Virus record (IMG/VR): IMGVR_UViG_3300021431_000075
Span: 160,001-224,000 of that record
Source: a virus
Taxonomy: Duplodnaviria > Caudoviricetes
Direction: 5' to 3' (one strand)
DNA: 64,000 bases
In this document: in pieces, positions 1 to 9,241 of the stretch
How positions within the stretch are numbered: the stretch's first letter is position 1
Layout: the number at the start of each line of letters is the position of its first letter
Translations under genes and position numbers: made by a program
Notes under the pieces: model-generated
Seen by the model: only the letters and a program-made list of their open reading frames with translations
Told to the model about the DNA's origin: nothing
The model's database searches: none

Positions 1-1172
1 CTCCATTATATGGTAAACTTTGGCTTGCAGAAGTTGATGAAAAAAATGGAATAATTACGTGTTACAAGCAACCTTTAAATAAAGGTTGCACAAGAGCAAT
101 ATTAGAACAAGAAGATACAGTATCTTTTTATTCTAATGGCACTACAGGACTGCCTGATTATAATGTTTCAAAAGATTGTATGCTGTTTGTTTATGATGTT
201 GGAAATAAAGGAGAGCAAAAGCCTGTCAATGATACAGATGAAGATATTGTTGAAGCAGTCAAAAGAACTTCCATTCTTGATTTGGTTGAGCCAAAGTTCC
301 ATGAAGGTAATTGGGTTGTACAAAAAAATAGTGGAGTCTATAAGGTTATTGAGATATGCAAATCTTGGTATGAAGTAATTGATTTCGAAGATAATCATTA
401 TTCGATTTCTTTTGATAAAGAGCATATGTGTCATCTTTGGTCAATACATGATGCTAAGGACGGTGATATTCTTGCATGCAATGGAAGCATATTCATCTTT
501 AAAGAAGAATATATGGCAGGAAAGCCTACTGCTTATTGCGGTTTAATTAATGGTGTTTTTCATGTAAGTACTTTAAGTTGTTGGACAAATGAAAAATGCT
601 ATCCAGCAACAAAAGAGCAACAAGATTTACTCTTCTCCAAAATGAAGGCATCAGGATGGTCTTGGAATCCAACAACAAAAGAACTTAGTCAATCAAGAGT
701 GACTAAGATAAGTGATAAAGATAGAATAGCAACAGATATTGCCATCAAGGCACTCAATCATAATACCGTAAATGATTCTTATTGCAAAGAAAATTGCAAA
801 GGATATCAAGAAACGGGAAAATGTTATGCCGATTGGGCTTGCGAAGCCAAAAGAAAGGCAGATGTTGTTAAACCGATTTTCAAGGTCGGTGATGAGGTAT
901 ATAACAAATTTGACAAATCACTTGCTCACGTTATCATCGAATACGTTGACGAATCCACATATTATGGCGATACAACAAACTTTGACATTATTGACCAAGA
1001 CCAATGGGGAATCGTTAGAAGTTGTGAGAATTGCAAATGCGGACACTATGATTACCCTACTGTGTCATGTTATCTTCATAAAGATTGTGGCGGTGACGAA
1101 CCTATTATAATTCATGATGATGACTTTGTAGAGACTGCAATGAACTGTAAAGAGTTTGAACAAGAAAATTAA
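1..1172 (+). CDS. Hypothetical phage protein with KFxxGxW..HLWSIxDAKDGD..PATKEQ module (5' partial)
   Basis: The frame of ORF 180..1172 is open back to base 3 (PLYGKLWLAEV...). It carries the module repeated in 4943..7453 and two Cys-rich segments. Confidence 0.8.
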   Translation, partial: PLYGKLWLAEVDEKNGIITCYKQPLNKGCTRAILEQEDTVSFYSNGTTGLPDYNVSKDCMLFVYDVGNKGEQKPVNDTDEDIVEAVKRTSILDLVEPKFHEGNWVVQKNSGVYKVIEICKSWYEVIDFEDNHYSISFDKEHMCHLWSIHDAKDGDILACNGSIFIFKEEYMAGKPTAYCGLINGVFHVSTLSCWTNEKCYPATKEQQDLLFSKMKASGWSWNPTTKELSQSRVTKISDKDRIATDIAIKALNHNTVNDSYCKENCKGYQETGKCYADWACEAKRKADVVKPIFKVGDEVYNKFDKSLAHVIIEYVDESTYYGDTTNFDIIDQDQWGIVRSCENCKCGHYDYPTVSCYLHKDCGGDEPIIIHDDDFVETAMNCKEFEQEN

Positions 1173-1239
1173 AACGAGAAAGATTATGGCAGATGATTTG
1201 CAAATTACATAAACAAAACTTTTATAACGAGAATAAGTT

Positions 1240-1425
1240 ATGACACAAAATAAAGATTTATGCAAAACATGTAAACATTATTGGCAGGATTTTCCATTGC
1301 CATTAGAGTCAGTGACATCTCATTGTGAAATACTTGATAGCAAAAAAGGACTATCTGCTAATATGGATGATGAAGTGCCATATCCTTGTGTAGAATGCCC
1401 ATTTAATTCATACATTAAAAAATGA
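1240..1425 (+). CDS. Small Cys-rich hypothetical protein
   Basis: 61 aa with CxxCxH and CxxC motifs; ATGA overlap with the next gene. Confidence 0.7.
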   Translation: MTQNKDLCKTCKHYWQDFPLPLESVTSHCEILDSKKGLSANMDDEVPYPCVECPFNSYIKK

Positions 1426-1751
1426 AAATTACAACACAGTTTATCGACAAAGACGCTTTAATAGCAGAGATAGAAAAAGCAATAGACGAACCAGCACCTT
1501 CACATGACCAACAATGTCCTTGGGAAGATGGATATTATTGCGGTCTAAATAAGGCGGAGTCTATAATTGACAGCCTTGAAGTGAAAGAAGCGAAAGATGT
1601 GGACTTAAAAAAAGAGATTTATGAAGCGGAAAAAAGATTCGGAGATATAGACGAAATGGGTGGCTATAGAATTCTAATATTTGATGATGAGTTCCGTGAT
1701 ATTCTACATCATTTCTTTGAACTTGGTCGTAAATCACAGAAAGGAGAATAA
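1422..1751 (+). CDS. Hypothetical phage protein
   Basis: 109 aa; IDKDALIAEI start and HFFELG end resemble neighbouring ORFs. Confidence 0.75.
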   Translation: MKITTQFIDKDALIAEIEKAIDEPAPSHDQQCPWEDGYYCGLNKAESIIDSLEVKEAKDVDLKKEIYEAEKRFGDIDEMGGYRILIFDDEFRDILHHFFELGRKSQKGE

Positions 1752-1852
1752 TATATGAGCGATATGAGCGATGAAATGTGCGGAAAAAACTGTTTGTTTC
1801 CGTTGATTATTTTTATCAGTTCGATTATTGGACTTTGTGTATATAATTTTTA

Positions 1853-2020
1853 GGTGTTCATCCAGCAACCAAAGAACAACAAGTACTTCTCAGTAAAATG
1901 AAAGAATCTGGTTACGAATGGAATGCAGATACTCTTGAAATGTCAAAAACAAAACTTGAAACGAAGTTTAAGATTGGCGATTGAATCACTGATGGATTTT
2001 GCCAATCATTAAAAAATTTT
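1853..2020 (+). pseudogene. Remnant of the PATKEQ module
   Basis: Translates GVHPATKEQQVLLSKMKESGYEWNAD...KFKIGD*ITDGFC; no start codon, TGA at 1982-1984. Confidence 0.75.
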
Positions 2021-2025
2021 AAGAT

Positions 2026-2301
2026 ATGGAAATACCCGATAAGATTTATATTTCTTGCGAAACAGATGAAGATGAGAATCTGTTTCTTAATTACATGTGG
2101 CACAGGCATCCGTTTGAAAATATGAAAAACATCGAATATGTCCGCAGCGGATTGCTAAAGGAAATAGACTTTGAAAAAGAATTAAAATCATGGATAGACA
2201 AAAACACATGCAACAACGGTTATTGCTCGGCATCTATCCATGACACAGCAGAGCATTTCTTTGAACTTGCTCTTAATGCAATCCATAAGCAAAAAGCATA
2301 G
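2026..2301 (+). CDS. Hypothetical phage protein
   Basis: 91 aa ORF; PDKIYI and AEHFFEL motifs. Confidence 0.75.
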   Translation: MEIPDKIYISCETDEDENLFLNYMWHRHPFENMKNIEYVRSGLLKEIDFEKELKSWIDKNTCNNGYCSASIHDTAEHFFELALNAIHKQKA

Positions 2302-2337
2302 CGAAGTCCAAAGAAAACAATTTTAGCATTACTCATT

Positions 2338-2964
2338 ATGGAAACAATAGACAAGAACAAACTTCTTGAAATCATAGAAGAAAGAATGCAGGAACTGCGT
2401 CCGACAAACACCGGGAAGATGCAGACCGGAGAAAGAATAGACAACGACACTCTCATGTGGCTGAACGCGCTGACATGGGTCAAGAAGAAAATCAGTGACA
2501 TTTCATCCAAACAAACAAGCAGCACAGATTCATCAATCAAGATTCCAAAGCCTGTGCTTGATGAAATCAAATTCGATAAATGGATTATTAACAAGGGAAA
2601 TCCGATTAAGATTGTCGGGGGCGTGGGAAATGAGTATGTTGCTGTTGATACAACCGGCAAAGTCCGCGGAATTTTTCCAGAAGAACTTAGGAAATATAGA
2701 CCATGGACTATCGAAGATGCAAGACACGGAGAACTGATATTCAACGAAAGATGGCACAAGATATTCATTCTTGATTCATTCGATAAAGAAACTGTGACTG
2801 CAAGCATATCTTATGTTCAGAACGGAGCAGTTTCCAAGTTCGACCAGTTTCCGAAATATGAGCCGTTCTCTCCTGCTTCGAAAAAGCAACAAGACGAGTT
2901 CTACAACGTGCTTGAAACATATTTGTTAAACAAGCATTTGGAGAAAGAATGCGACAAGAAATGA
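2338..2964 (+). CDS. Hypothetical protein (PATKEQ-family module); truncated part of a gene interrupted by the downstream element
   Basis: 208 aa. A second copy of its RPWTIEDA..LIFN repeat continues past the TGA to 3068 and resumes at 4789-4935. Confidence 0.8.
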   Translation: METIDKNKLLEIIEERMQELRPTNTGKMQTGERIDNDTLMWLNALTWVKKKISDISSKQTSSTDSSIKIPKPVLDEIKFDKWIINKGNPIKIVGGVGNEYVAVDTTGKVRGIFPEELRKYRPWTIEDARHGELIFNERWHKIFILDSFDKETVTASISYVQNGAVSKFDQFPKYEPFSPASKKQQDEFYNVLETYLLNKHLEKECDKK

Positions 2965-3075
2965 ACAATTAAGGATGCAAAGACCAATGACTTGATTTTC
3001 AACAAGACAATGAACCGGTTATTCATTTTCTCGCACATCGGTTCGAAATTCATAAATGCAGGCATGATGTAACTT

Positions 3076-4554
3076 TCATGTAACATTTTGTGTCAAGTTG
3101 TTCTTTTTGAAAGAAATCTTCTTGGCATAAATTTTATTAGACAAAAGTTTGGAGACAACTGGCTGACAAGCAGACAGAGAGACGCGATACATGATTTTCG
3201 AGTCTGCTTTTAGAGCATAGTAGATTTTCCTCAAGTCTATTTCAGAGTTCTTCAAGTTAAATACTTCCATCGTTCGCTCTATCTGTTCTCTGAAGTCGTT
3301 GACATCAGGAAATACTATGTTCTTTGTTTTTGCAAAATCACTTGCAATATACTGGTGGTAGAACTCGTAAGTCCTTCTTCCTATTTCGATTGATGCAAGG
3401 CACATGTCTGCATAGCCACAATCCCTGAACACGAAGTTGCCTACGAAGCTGCTGTACTCGCACATCACTTCCAAGCATTCTATGTTGTTCTCTGCACATT
3501 TCTTTCTTAAATTGTTGATTAGTGGTCTGCGGAGCCACATGTTGTTTATCAATCTATTGTAATTGGTTCCTTTCTTGTTGTCCTTTGTTACGATTGCAAG
3601 TTGCTCGTAGCCGAACAGAGAACAACCGTAGTGAACTGCTATGCTTATTAAAGTTTTGGATATGAGAAATATCTCGTTGTATCTTTCATTTGTTAACTTC
3701 TTTCTCTTTCTATGACTGCTTGGAAGATGCTGTTCTTTCAGTGCATTTTCTGCGTCATTAAGGTCCTTGATTGTAATAGTATTTGATTCTACTATATGGA
3801 AGTCTCCGTGCGATTTCCAGTCAACAACACTCCAACCCACATAGTTAGGATTCAAGTCTATCGCAAGAACTCTATCTTGAATCTGCTTCGGTCTGTTTTC
3901 TATCTTGACGTTCTTGTACAGTTCTTTGACTTTGTATGATATATAAACGAAGTTAGCATCAATCTTGTAAGTGATAGGCATGTCACCTGCAACCTGATGC
4001 TCATAGAGCAGTCTTATAATCTTGAGATAATTCTTCGATAGCCTTGCAGAGAACTTAACTTCCATCCAATTCTTGTCAGACATCTTTATTCTAACTCCGC
4101 TCAAGTCATCAAGCAATCTGAACTTCCTGTTGCAGTGAACTTTCATTGTCCCTGAGTCTGCCGTTCCTATACAGACGAACGGAGAGAGCCTGCTTGCTCT
4201 CAGTTCGTCCTTCGAAACCTTGCCGCTTCTGTATTCGTTCATCAGTGACTTGCCGCCGAAGCAAGTCCGTATCTTCTTCTCGCTTGACTTCTGAAGTTCC
4301 TTCTCCGTTTCATATATTGCATTGCCTTCATATACGGCAGACTGTTTAAGCCAAGAATCAAGCAAGTCTATGTCATTGTAGTTGTCAAATGAATTAAACT
4401 TTACAGAAAGTCCTTTTTCATATTTCTTGAACGCGGACCGTATTATGTGCGTCTGCTGTCTCTGCAAATCGGAAATCAACATACGTTCTTCGGTTGAACT
4501 GTATTCAACCGGAATCTTTATCGTGCTGTATGTATCTTTCTGGTTTTTTGACAT
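3076..4554 (-). CDS. tnpB: TnpB-related RNA-guided RuvC nuclease (FGG / YSS..G / IGRR subtype, no Zn finger)
   Basis: RuvC-I LAIDLNP, RuvC-II GYEQL, EYSSFVGN, ADMCLASIEIGRR; 492 aa. Confidence 0.8.
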   Translation of the reverse strand: MSKNQKDTYSTIKIPVEYSSTEERMLISDLQRQQTHIIRSAFKKYEKGLSVKFNSFDNYNDIDLLDSWLKQSAVYEGNAIYETEKELQKSSEKKIRTCFGGKSLMNEYRSGKVSKDELRASRLSPFVCIGTADSGTMKVHCNRKFRLLDDLSGVRIKMSDKNWMEVKFSARLSKNYLKIIRLLYEHQVAGDMPITYKIDANFVYISYKVKELYKNVKIENRPKQIQDRVLAIDLNPNYVGWSVVDWKSHGDFHIVESNTITIKDLNDAENALKEQHLPSSHRKRKKLTNERYNEIFLISKTLISIAVHYGCSLFGYEQLAIVTKDNKKGTNYNRLINNMWLRRPLINNLRKKCAENNIECLEVMCEYSSFVGNFVFRDCGYADMCLASIEIGRRTYEFYHQYIASDFAKTKNIVFPDVNDFREQIERTMEVFNLKNSEIDLRKIYYALKADSKIMYRVSLSACQPVVSKLLSNKIYAKKISFKKNNLTQNVT

Positions 4555-4679
4555 ATTATAATGCTTTGAATGACATAGTATTTATCTTTAAAATAGTTCA
4601 ACATGAAGATTATCAAATGAATTTTATGTTAAAAACAATTAAAAATCAATCTGTATATATATTTTTTTTCAGATTATTA

Positions 4680-4710
4680 TTGCATATTGTTTATTTAATC
4701 ATTATCTTTG
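4680..4710 (+). promoter_or_regulatory. Bacteroidota sigma-A promoter, reading out of the element
   Basis: TTG-N20-TATCTTTG, the same geometry as other promoters in the window. Confidence 0.7.
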
Positions 4711-4788
4711 CATTGTGATACGAATTCATTAAAAATGATAATATGTTTATATTTTATAATATAAAGAATAAAAAATAATTTATGAATT

Positions 4789-4935
4789 ATAACATATGAC
4801 TGCAGTCTTGATTCATTTGAAAACGAAAGCGTTTTCTCAAAGCAAGACGAGTTCTTCCCTGCAACAAAAAGCCAGTTCAATATGTTCCATGACAAGTTGC
4901 TTGACAAGCACTTTCCAAACAATCAAAACCAATAA
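4789..4935 (+). pseudogene. Orphaned 3' end of the interrupted 2338 gene
   Basis: ITYDCSLDSFENESVFSKQDEFFPATKSQFNMFHDKLLDKHF aligns with ISYVQ...FSPASKKQQDEFYNVLETYLLNKHL. Confidence 0.75.
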
Positions 4936-4942
4936 GAAAGAA

Positions 4943-7453
4943 ATGAAGAAACTAATAGACAAAGAAAAAGTCGTATCTGAAATAAAGAGAAGGATACGAA
5001 TACTTGAAGATACTATCAACAAACCGGATACTCTCCAGTTTCTCAAGTCTGCTTTGGGATATGAAGTTGAAAGATACAAATCCCTGATTTCGTATCTTGA
5101 TACGATGGAAACGACAGACGATCTTGAAAATATGATTCTTGAACTTCCGGAGTCGATTGCAAATCCGAAAAACCATCAAATTTATCAGTTGTCAATTTAT
5201 CATTATGACAGAAGCTGCTGTGTAGACTATGTCGGAGAACTGGAACATGACTCGCTGGTTTGCTTTGCGGAAAGTACATTTGCAAAAGCGGCAGACAAGA
5301 TGAAAAACTGGATAAAAGAAAACAAGATAGACAAGCATCTGCAGATTCCTGATGAATATGATGTCGTGAACACAACCGGTCAAGAACAAAATAATCTAAA
5401 TTTTGACGAGGTTGAAAAATTCATGATGAATACAAATGCTGAAAACCTTGAAGTCAAGAAAGGCAAATCGTACATTTGTATAGAAGACTGGAAGAAGCGC
5501 GGCACATCATTCACAAAAGGCAAGATATACGTTTGCCATAAAGACAGATGCATGTATGATGATTTCGGAGCAGAGAAAGCATCAGTCAGCAAGTTGTTCC
5601 GTCTTGCAACAAAAGAAGAGATAAAAAAGTCAAAAGCTTTCAGAAAAGGAGACTGGATTGTACTGCTTACAGAAGGCAATGACAACATCACTGTTCAAAT
5701 CATGGATGTTGAAGTGACATCGGACAAAGAAACCCGATACTGGATCTCCGACAACAAACTCAATATGAGATGGTTTGATGACAAATCAATCGCAAGACCA
5801 TGGAACATAAAATTTGATGCAAAAGACGGCGACATTCTCTGCACATATGAATGCGAAGAACCGAAAATCGTGTTCATTCTAAAGGGAAATCCGCATCCGT
5901 TGAGACCGTGCGTGTTAAGTTACTACTGCTACTACAACATCATGTATCCATATTTCGACCCAGGAATCGAAAAGGGTTGTCTTGCTCCCAATGATGAAGA
6001 TGTGAAACCTGCTACAAAAGAGCAGCGTGACACTCTCTTTGCAAAGATGAAAAATTCTGGTTATGAATGGGACGGTGATACAAAGAAGTTGATGGAAATT
6101 GAGCAGAAACCTGCTGATAAGGTTGAGCCAAAGTTTCATGAAGGAGACTGGGCTGTTTCTAATTTAGACGGAAATGCAAGACAAATTTCTGAAGTTCACT
6201 TTGACGAATATAATAGTTATTATGTTGTTGAAGGAAAATCTGTTAATTTAGAAGAATATGATAGACTACACCATCTTTGGACTATTGCTGATGCACAGGA
6301 CGGAGATGTGCTTAGTGATGGAACTACTATTTTTATATTCAAAAACTTACTATCAGACGGTTCAGTTATGTCATATTGTGACTATGATACAGATAGTAAT
6401 GAGAGCGATGCTTTCTGCCCATTATCGGTGAATTTGATATGTTCAAAAATTACTCCTGCGACCAAAGAACAGCATAATACTCTTGAAAAAGCAATGGTTG
6501 ATGCAGGATATACCTTTGACTTTGAAAAGAAAGAAATGAAGAAGATTGAACAGAAGCCTGCTGATAAACCTGAACATAAGTTTAAAGTTGGCAATTGGAT
6601 TACAAATGGCCATTGTACGTGTCAAATTACATTTATTGATAGTCGTTATTGGTATTCAAAACATTGTGTATTAGGTGATATTACATCTATTGATAAAACT
6701 TTCCATCTTTGGTCAATAAATGATGCACAGGACGGTGATGTACTTGCAACAGAACCGATTGATAGTTATAAATCTCCGTTTGTCGCCATTTATAAAAATC
6801 ATGGTCTTGATTTCTTTAATTCATATTGCTTTATTTGTTTTGATGGCAAATTTTATGAAGCAGGGACAGGACATTCAATAGAAAATATTCATCCTGCTAC
6901 AAAAGAGCAGCGTGACACTCTCTTTGCAAAGATGAAAGAAGCAAGTTATGAATGGGACGGTGATACAAAGGAGTTGATGGAGATTGAGCAGAAACAAGCA
7001 ATAGATTATCCAGATAGTCTTCCAAAAGACAACTGTGAACTTGTTCATGAATTCATTGAGAATTTTGGTAGAATGCCGGAAGATGAAGATGAACTAAACG
7101 TTCTTGTGGAATATGTCTTAAAGAGGCAGAAACCTGCTGAATGGAGTGAAGATGATGAAAGAATATGTCAATGCATTATCAAAGAACAAGAAGAAGCTCT
7201 TGTTGAAGTAAGAAATGACAAATATGGTCATTCAGAAATCATTTCAGATCTAAAGGAAATGTATCGTGAAAGAATCGATTGGCTCAAAAATCGCAAAAAC
7301 AGAACACTTCCGCAGCAAAAACAAGAATGGAGTGAAGACGACGAACAGAAATTTAGAGATGTAATCAGACTCATTGAACAAGGGGCGACTGTTCAATCAA
7401 TAAGAAACCATTATATAAATTGGTTCAAATCTCTCAGACAAAGGATAGGATAG
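4943..7453 (+). CDS. Large modular phage protein with three PATKEQ modules and WSE(D/E)DE repeats
   Basis: Long ORF; the likely start is MKKLIDKEK at 4943 rather than 4796. Confidence 0.85.
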   Translation: MKKLIDKEKVVSEIKRRIRILEDTINKPDTLQFLKSALGYEVERYKSLISYLDTMETTDDLENMILELPESIANPKNHQIYQLSIYHYDRSCCVDYVGELEHDSLVCFAESTFAKAADKMKNWIKENKIDKHLQIPDEYDVVNTTGQEQNNLNFDEVEKFMMNTNAENLEVKKGKSYICIEDWKKRGTSFTKGKIYVCHKDRCMYDDFGAEKASVSKLFRLATKEEIKKSKAFRKGDWIVLLTEGNDNITVQIMDVEVTSDKETRYWISDNKLNMRWFDDKSIARPWNIKFDAKDGDILCTYECEEPKIVFILKGNPHPLRPCVLSYYCYYNIMYPYFDPGIEKGCLAPNDEDVKPATKEQRDTLFAKMKNSGYEWDGDTKKLMEIEQKPADKVEPKFHEGDWAVSNLDGNARQISEVHFDEYNSYYVVEGKSVNLEEYDRLHHLWTIADAQDGDVLSDGTTIFIFKNLLSDGSVMSYCDYDTDSNESDAFCPLSVNLICSKITPATKEQHNTLEKAMVDAGYTFDFEKKEMKKIEQKPADKPEHKFKVGNWITNGHCTCQITFIDSRYWYSKHCVLGDITSIDKTFHLWSINDAQDGDVLATEPIDSYKSPFVAIYKNHGLDFFNSYCFICFDGKFYEAGTGHSIENIHPATKEQRDTLFAKMKEASYEWDGDTKELMEIEQKQAIDYPDSLPKDNCELVHEFIENFGRMPEDEDELNVLVEYVLKRQKPAEWSEDDERICQCIIKEQEEALVEVRNDKYGHSEIISDLKEMYRERIDWLKNRKNRTLPQQKQEWSEDDEQKFRDVIRLIEQGATVQSIRNHYINWFKSLRQRIG
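6008..6995 (+). repeat. ~100 bp near-identical direct repeat inside the gene (about 6008-6110 and 6893-6995)
   Basis: cctgctacaaaagagcagcgtgacactctctttgcaaagatgaaa...gttatgaatgggacggtgatacaaag occurs twice. Confidence 0.9.
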
Positions 7454-7655
7454 AAACCTACTAAGAAACAGTTATCCGAACTTCACTGCCTCATCAGTGG
7501 GCGCTCTTGTGATATAGATGAAATTGTTAAATTAGAAGAAGAATTAAAAGAATTATGAAATGGGTTCACGGCACAATTAAAGAAGCATGGAAATACATTC
7601 AGAATTGAAGAAGACCGAAAACAAGACTCTTGAACCTATAAAATAGATTATTAAA

Positions 7656-8246
7656 ATGAATAACCAGAAAGCAATAACAAACAGAAAAAATCTCTATGCG
7701 TTCAAAGGCAAGCTTCTTGCTTTCCTGCTTCGGCATGACAAGATGTACGACTTCGACCAGCACGGCTGGCGCAAAGTCAGCGACTTGACTGAAAACCACG
7801 GGTTCACTGTCAGCGAACTGGAAGAAATCGTAGAGAAAGACAACAAGAACAGATACGAGTTCTCGGATGACAAGAGCAGCATCCGGGCAAGACAAGGACA
7901 CAGCATATCCGTCGATGTGGAACTTGATGAGAAAACTCCGCCGGATGTGCTATATCACGGAACCGCAAGCCGATTCATCAGTTCCATAATGGACCAGGGA
8001 ATCATGAAAATGACAAGACTGTATGTCCATCTTTCCGCTACGTTCGACACCGCCATCAATGTAGGCAAGCGTCACGGAACCCCTGCCGTCCTGACAATAG
8101 ACAGCAAGAAGATGGCTTCTGACGGTTGCAAATTCTACCTGAGCACAAACGGAGTCTGGCTGACAGACTTCGTAGATGTCAAATATATAAACGGAATATG
8201 GGAAAACCGCTTGGATGAGTATTCACCAAATCAAGAAAAGCAATGA
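7656..8246 (+). CDS. kptA: RNA 2'-phosphotransferase (Tpt1/KptA)
   Basis: LLRH, KNRYE, IRARQGHS, LYHGT, RLYVHLS, GKRHG and NGVWL motifs. Confidence 0.95.
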   Translation: MNNQKAITNRKNLYAFKGKLLAFLLRHDKMYDFDQHGWRKVSDLTENHGFTVSELEEIVEKDNKNRYEFSDDKSSIRARQGHSISVDVELDEKTPPDVLYHGTASRFISSIMDQGIMKMTRLYVHLSATFDTAINVGKRHGTPAVLTIDSKKMASDGCKFYLSTNGVWLTDFVDVKYINGIWENRLDEYSPNQEKQ

Positions 8247-8620
8247 ACAAGGATAAAGTCATAGAAGAACTGCAGAAAAAGATAAGGGAATGCGAAGCAG
8301 CCGCAATGAAAGAAGATGAAGGAACACCTCTTGTCGAATCATCATCATGCTTCATATACGGAATGGCTGCAGGTCTTGAAGATGCAATCAAGGTAATAAA
8401 CGATGAGAAGATAGAAAGCACGAAACCAGATTCTGCATTGGATGATAACAACAATCTTGAGAATCTCATCAAGGAAAACATAGACTCTGTCCTGTTCGAC
8501 TTGGATGGCGTTGCAGTCAAAGGTGCTACATCCTATCTGACAGTCGATGATGTCCGGGAAATAGCAAGATTATTCTTCAAACTCGGAATGGATGCAGGTT
8601 CATCATTACATGAACAATAA
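8243..8620 (+). CDS. Hypothetical phage protein
   Basis: 125 aa, ATGA-coupled to kptA; ends IARLFFKLG like 1422..1751. Confidence 0.75.
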   Translation: MNKDKVIEELQKKIRECEAAAMKEDEGTPLVESSSCFIYGMAAGLEDAIKVINDEKIESTKPDSALDDNNNLENLIKENIDSVLFDLDGVAVKGATSYLTVDDVREIARLFFKLGMDAGSSLHEQ

Positions 8621-8633
8621 AAAACGACAGCAT

Positions 8634-9176
8634 ATGGAAACCCGAATCAACGACAGCATCTGTTCAAACTGTGCATATTGCACAGAAGGCTCCTGCGGGC
8701 TTGCTGACGACCTTGGAAAGTCCAAGGATGATAACTTGTGCTATAACTTCATCAAGACGCCATCAAAAACGATTTATGATTATTCAGATGTCATCTATCC
8801 AGATGAACCGAGATTCATATCAAAGCAGATGATAGAAAAGTTCATCTCGAAAGGGTACGACATCAACAGAAAGTTGTTTCCGTTCAATCCACAGACCGGA
8901 GAAAAGAAAGAAACGGTTGTCATCTGCAGAGAGAATGCAGATTCTCCACTCATTGAACCGACTCACCATGAAGTCCAGCAATGGCTCCGAACAGAACACG
9001 GAATCACCATAGCGATTCTTCCGAGAAAGAAAGACAGTCAAGACTCGTATATGACCGCTTACATTTCAAAGAGAATCAAAGACAAGCAAATCCTTCTTCC
9101 GGAATTCATAGACGGAAAGACAACGGAAGAAACCCTGGATAATGCTTATGATTACATCTTGGAGAAAGTGATTTAG
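8634..9176 (+). CDS. Hypothetical phage protein
   Basis: CxxCxxC N-terminus and PTxxEVQQWLR motif; start reassigned to METR. Confidence 0.7.
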   Translation: METRINDSICSNCAYCTEGSCGLADDLGKSKDDNLCYNFIKTPSKTIYDYSDVIYPDEPRFISKQMIEKFISKGYDINRKLFPFNPQTGEKKETVVICRENADSPLIEPTHHEVQQWLRTEHGITIAILPRKKDSQDSYMTAYISKRIKDKQILLPEFIDGKTTEETLDNAYDYILEKVI

Positions 9177-9193
9177 ACTTCTTGAAAGACTAC

Positions 9194-9241
9194 AAAAAGA
9201 AAAGAGATAACGCGGACTGATTTGCATTATCTCTTTTTTTT
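9194..9241. terminator. Bidirectional intrinsic terminator at the +/- convergence
   Basis: aaaagagataa...ttatctctttttttt inverted repeat between convergent gene blocks. Confidence 0.6.

Larger units (their letters stand above)
3067..4790 (-). mobile_element. Non-autonomous element carrying a TnpB-related nuclease
   Basis: Removing it rejoins ...GCA GGC ATG ATA ACA TAT GAC... in frame. AT is present at both junctions; no transposase gene. Confidence 0.75.

Noticed and set aside
3076-4554. Cas12f/Cas14 effector call
   Set aside because: No adjacent CRISPR array; it behaves as an insertion within a gene, so TnpB-related is the safer call.
4796-4942. N-terminal 49 aa of the 885 aa ORF
   Set aside because: This DNA is the orphaned 3' end of the interrupted gene in another frame; the likely start is 4943.
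7555-7640. Possible fourth Trp-to-stop case (KYIQN*RRPK)
   Set aside because: No paralog in the window shows Trp at that position, and the ORF is too short to judge.
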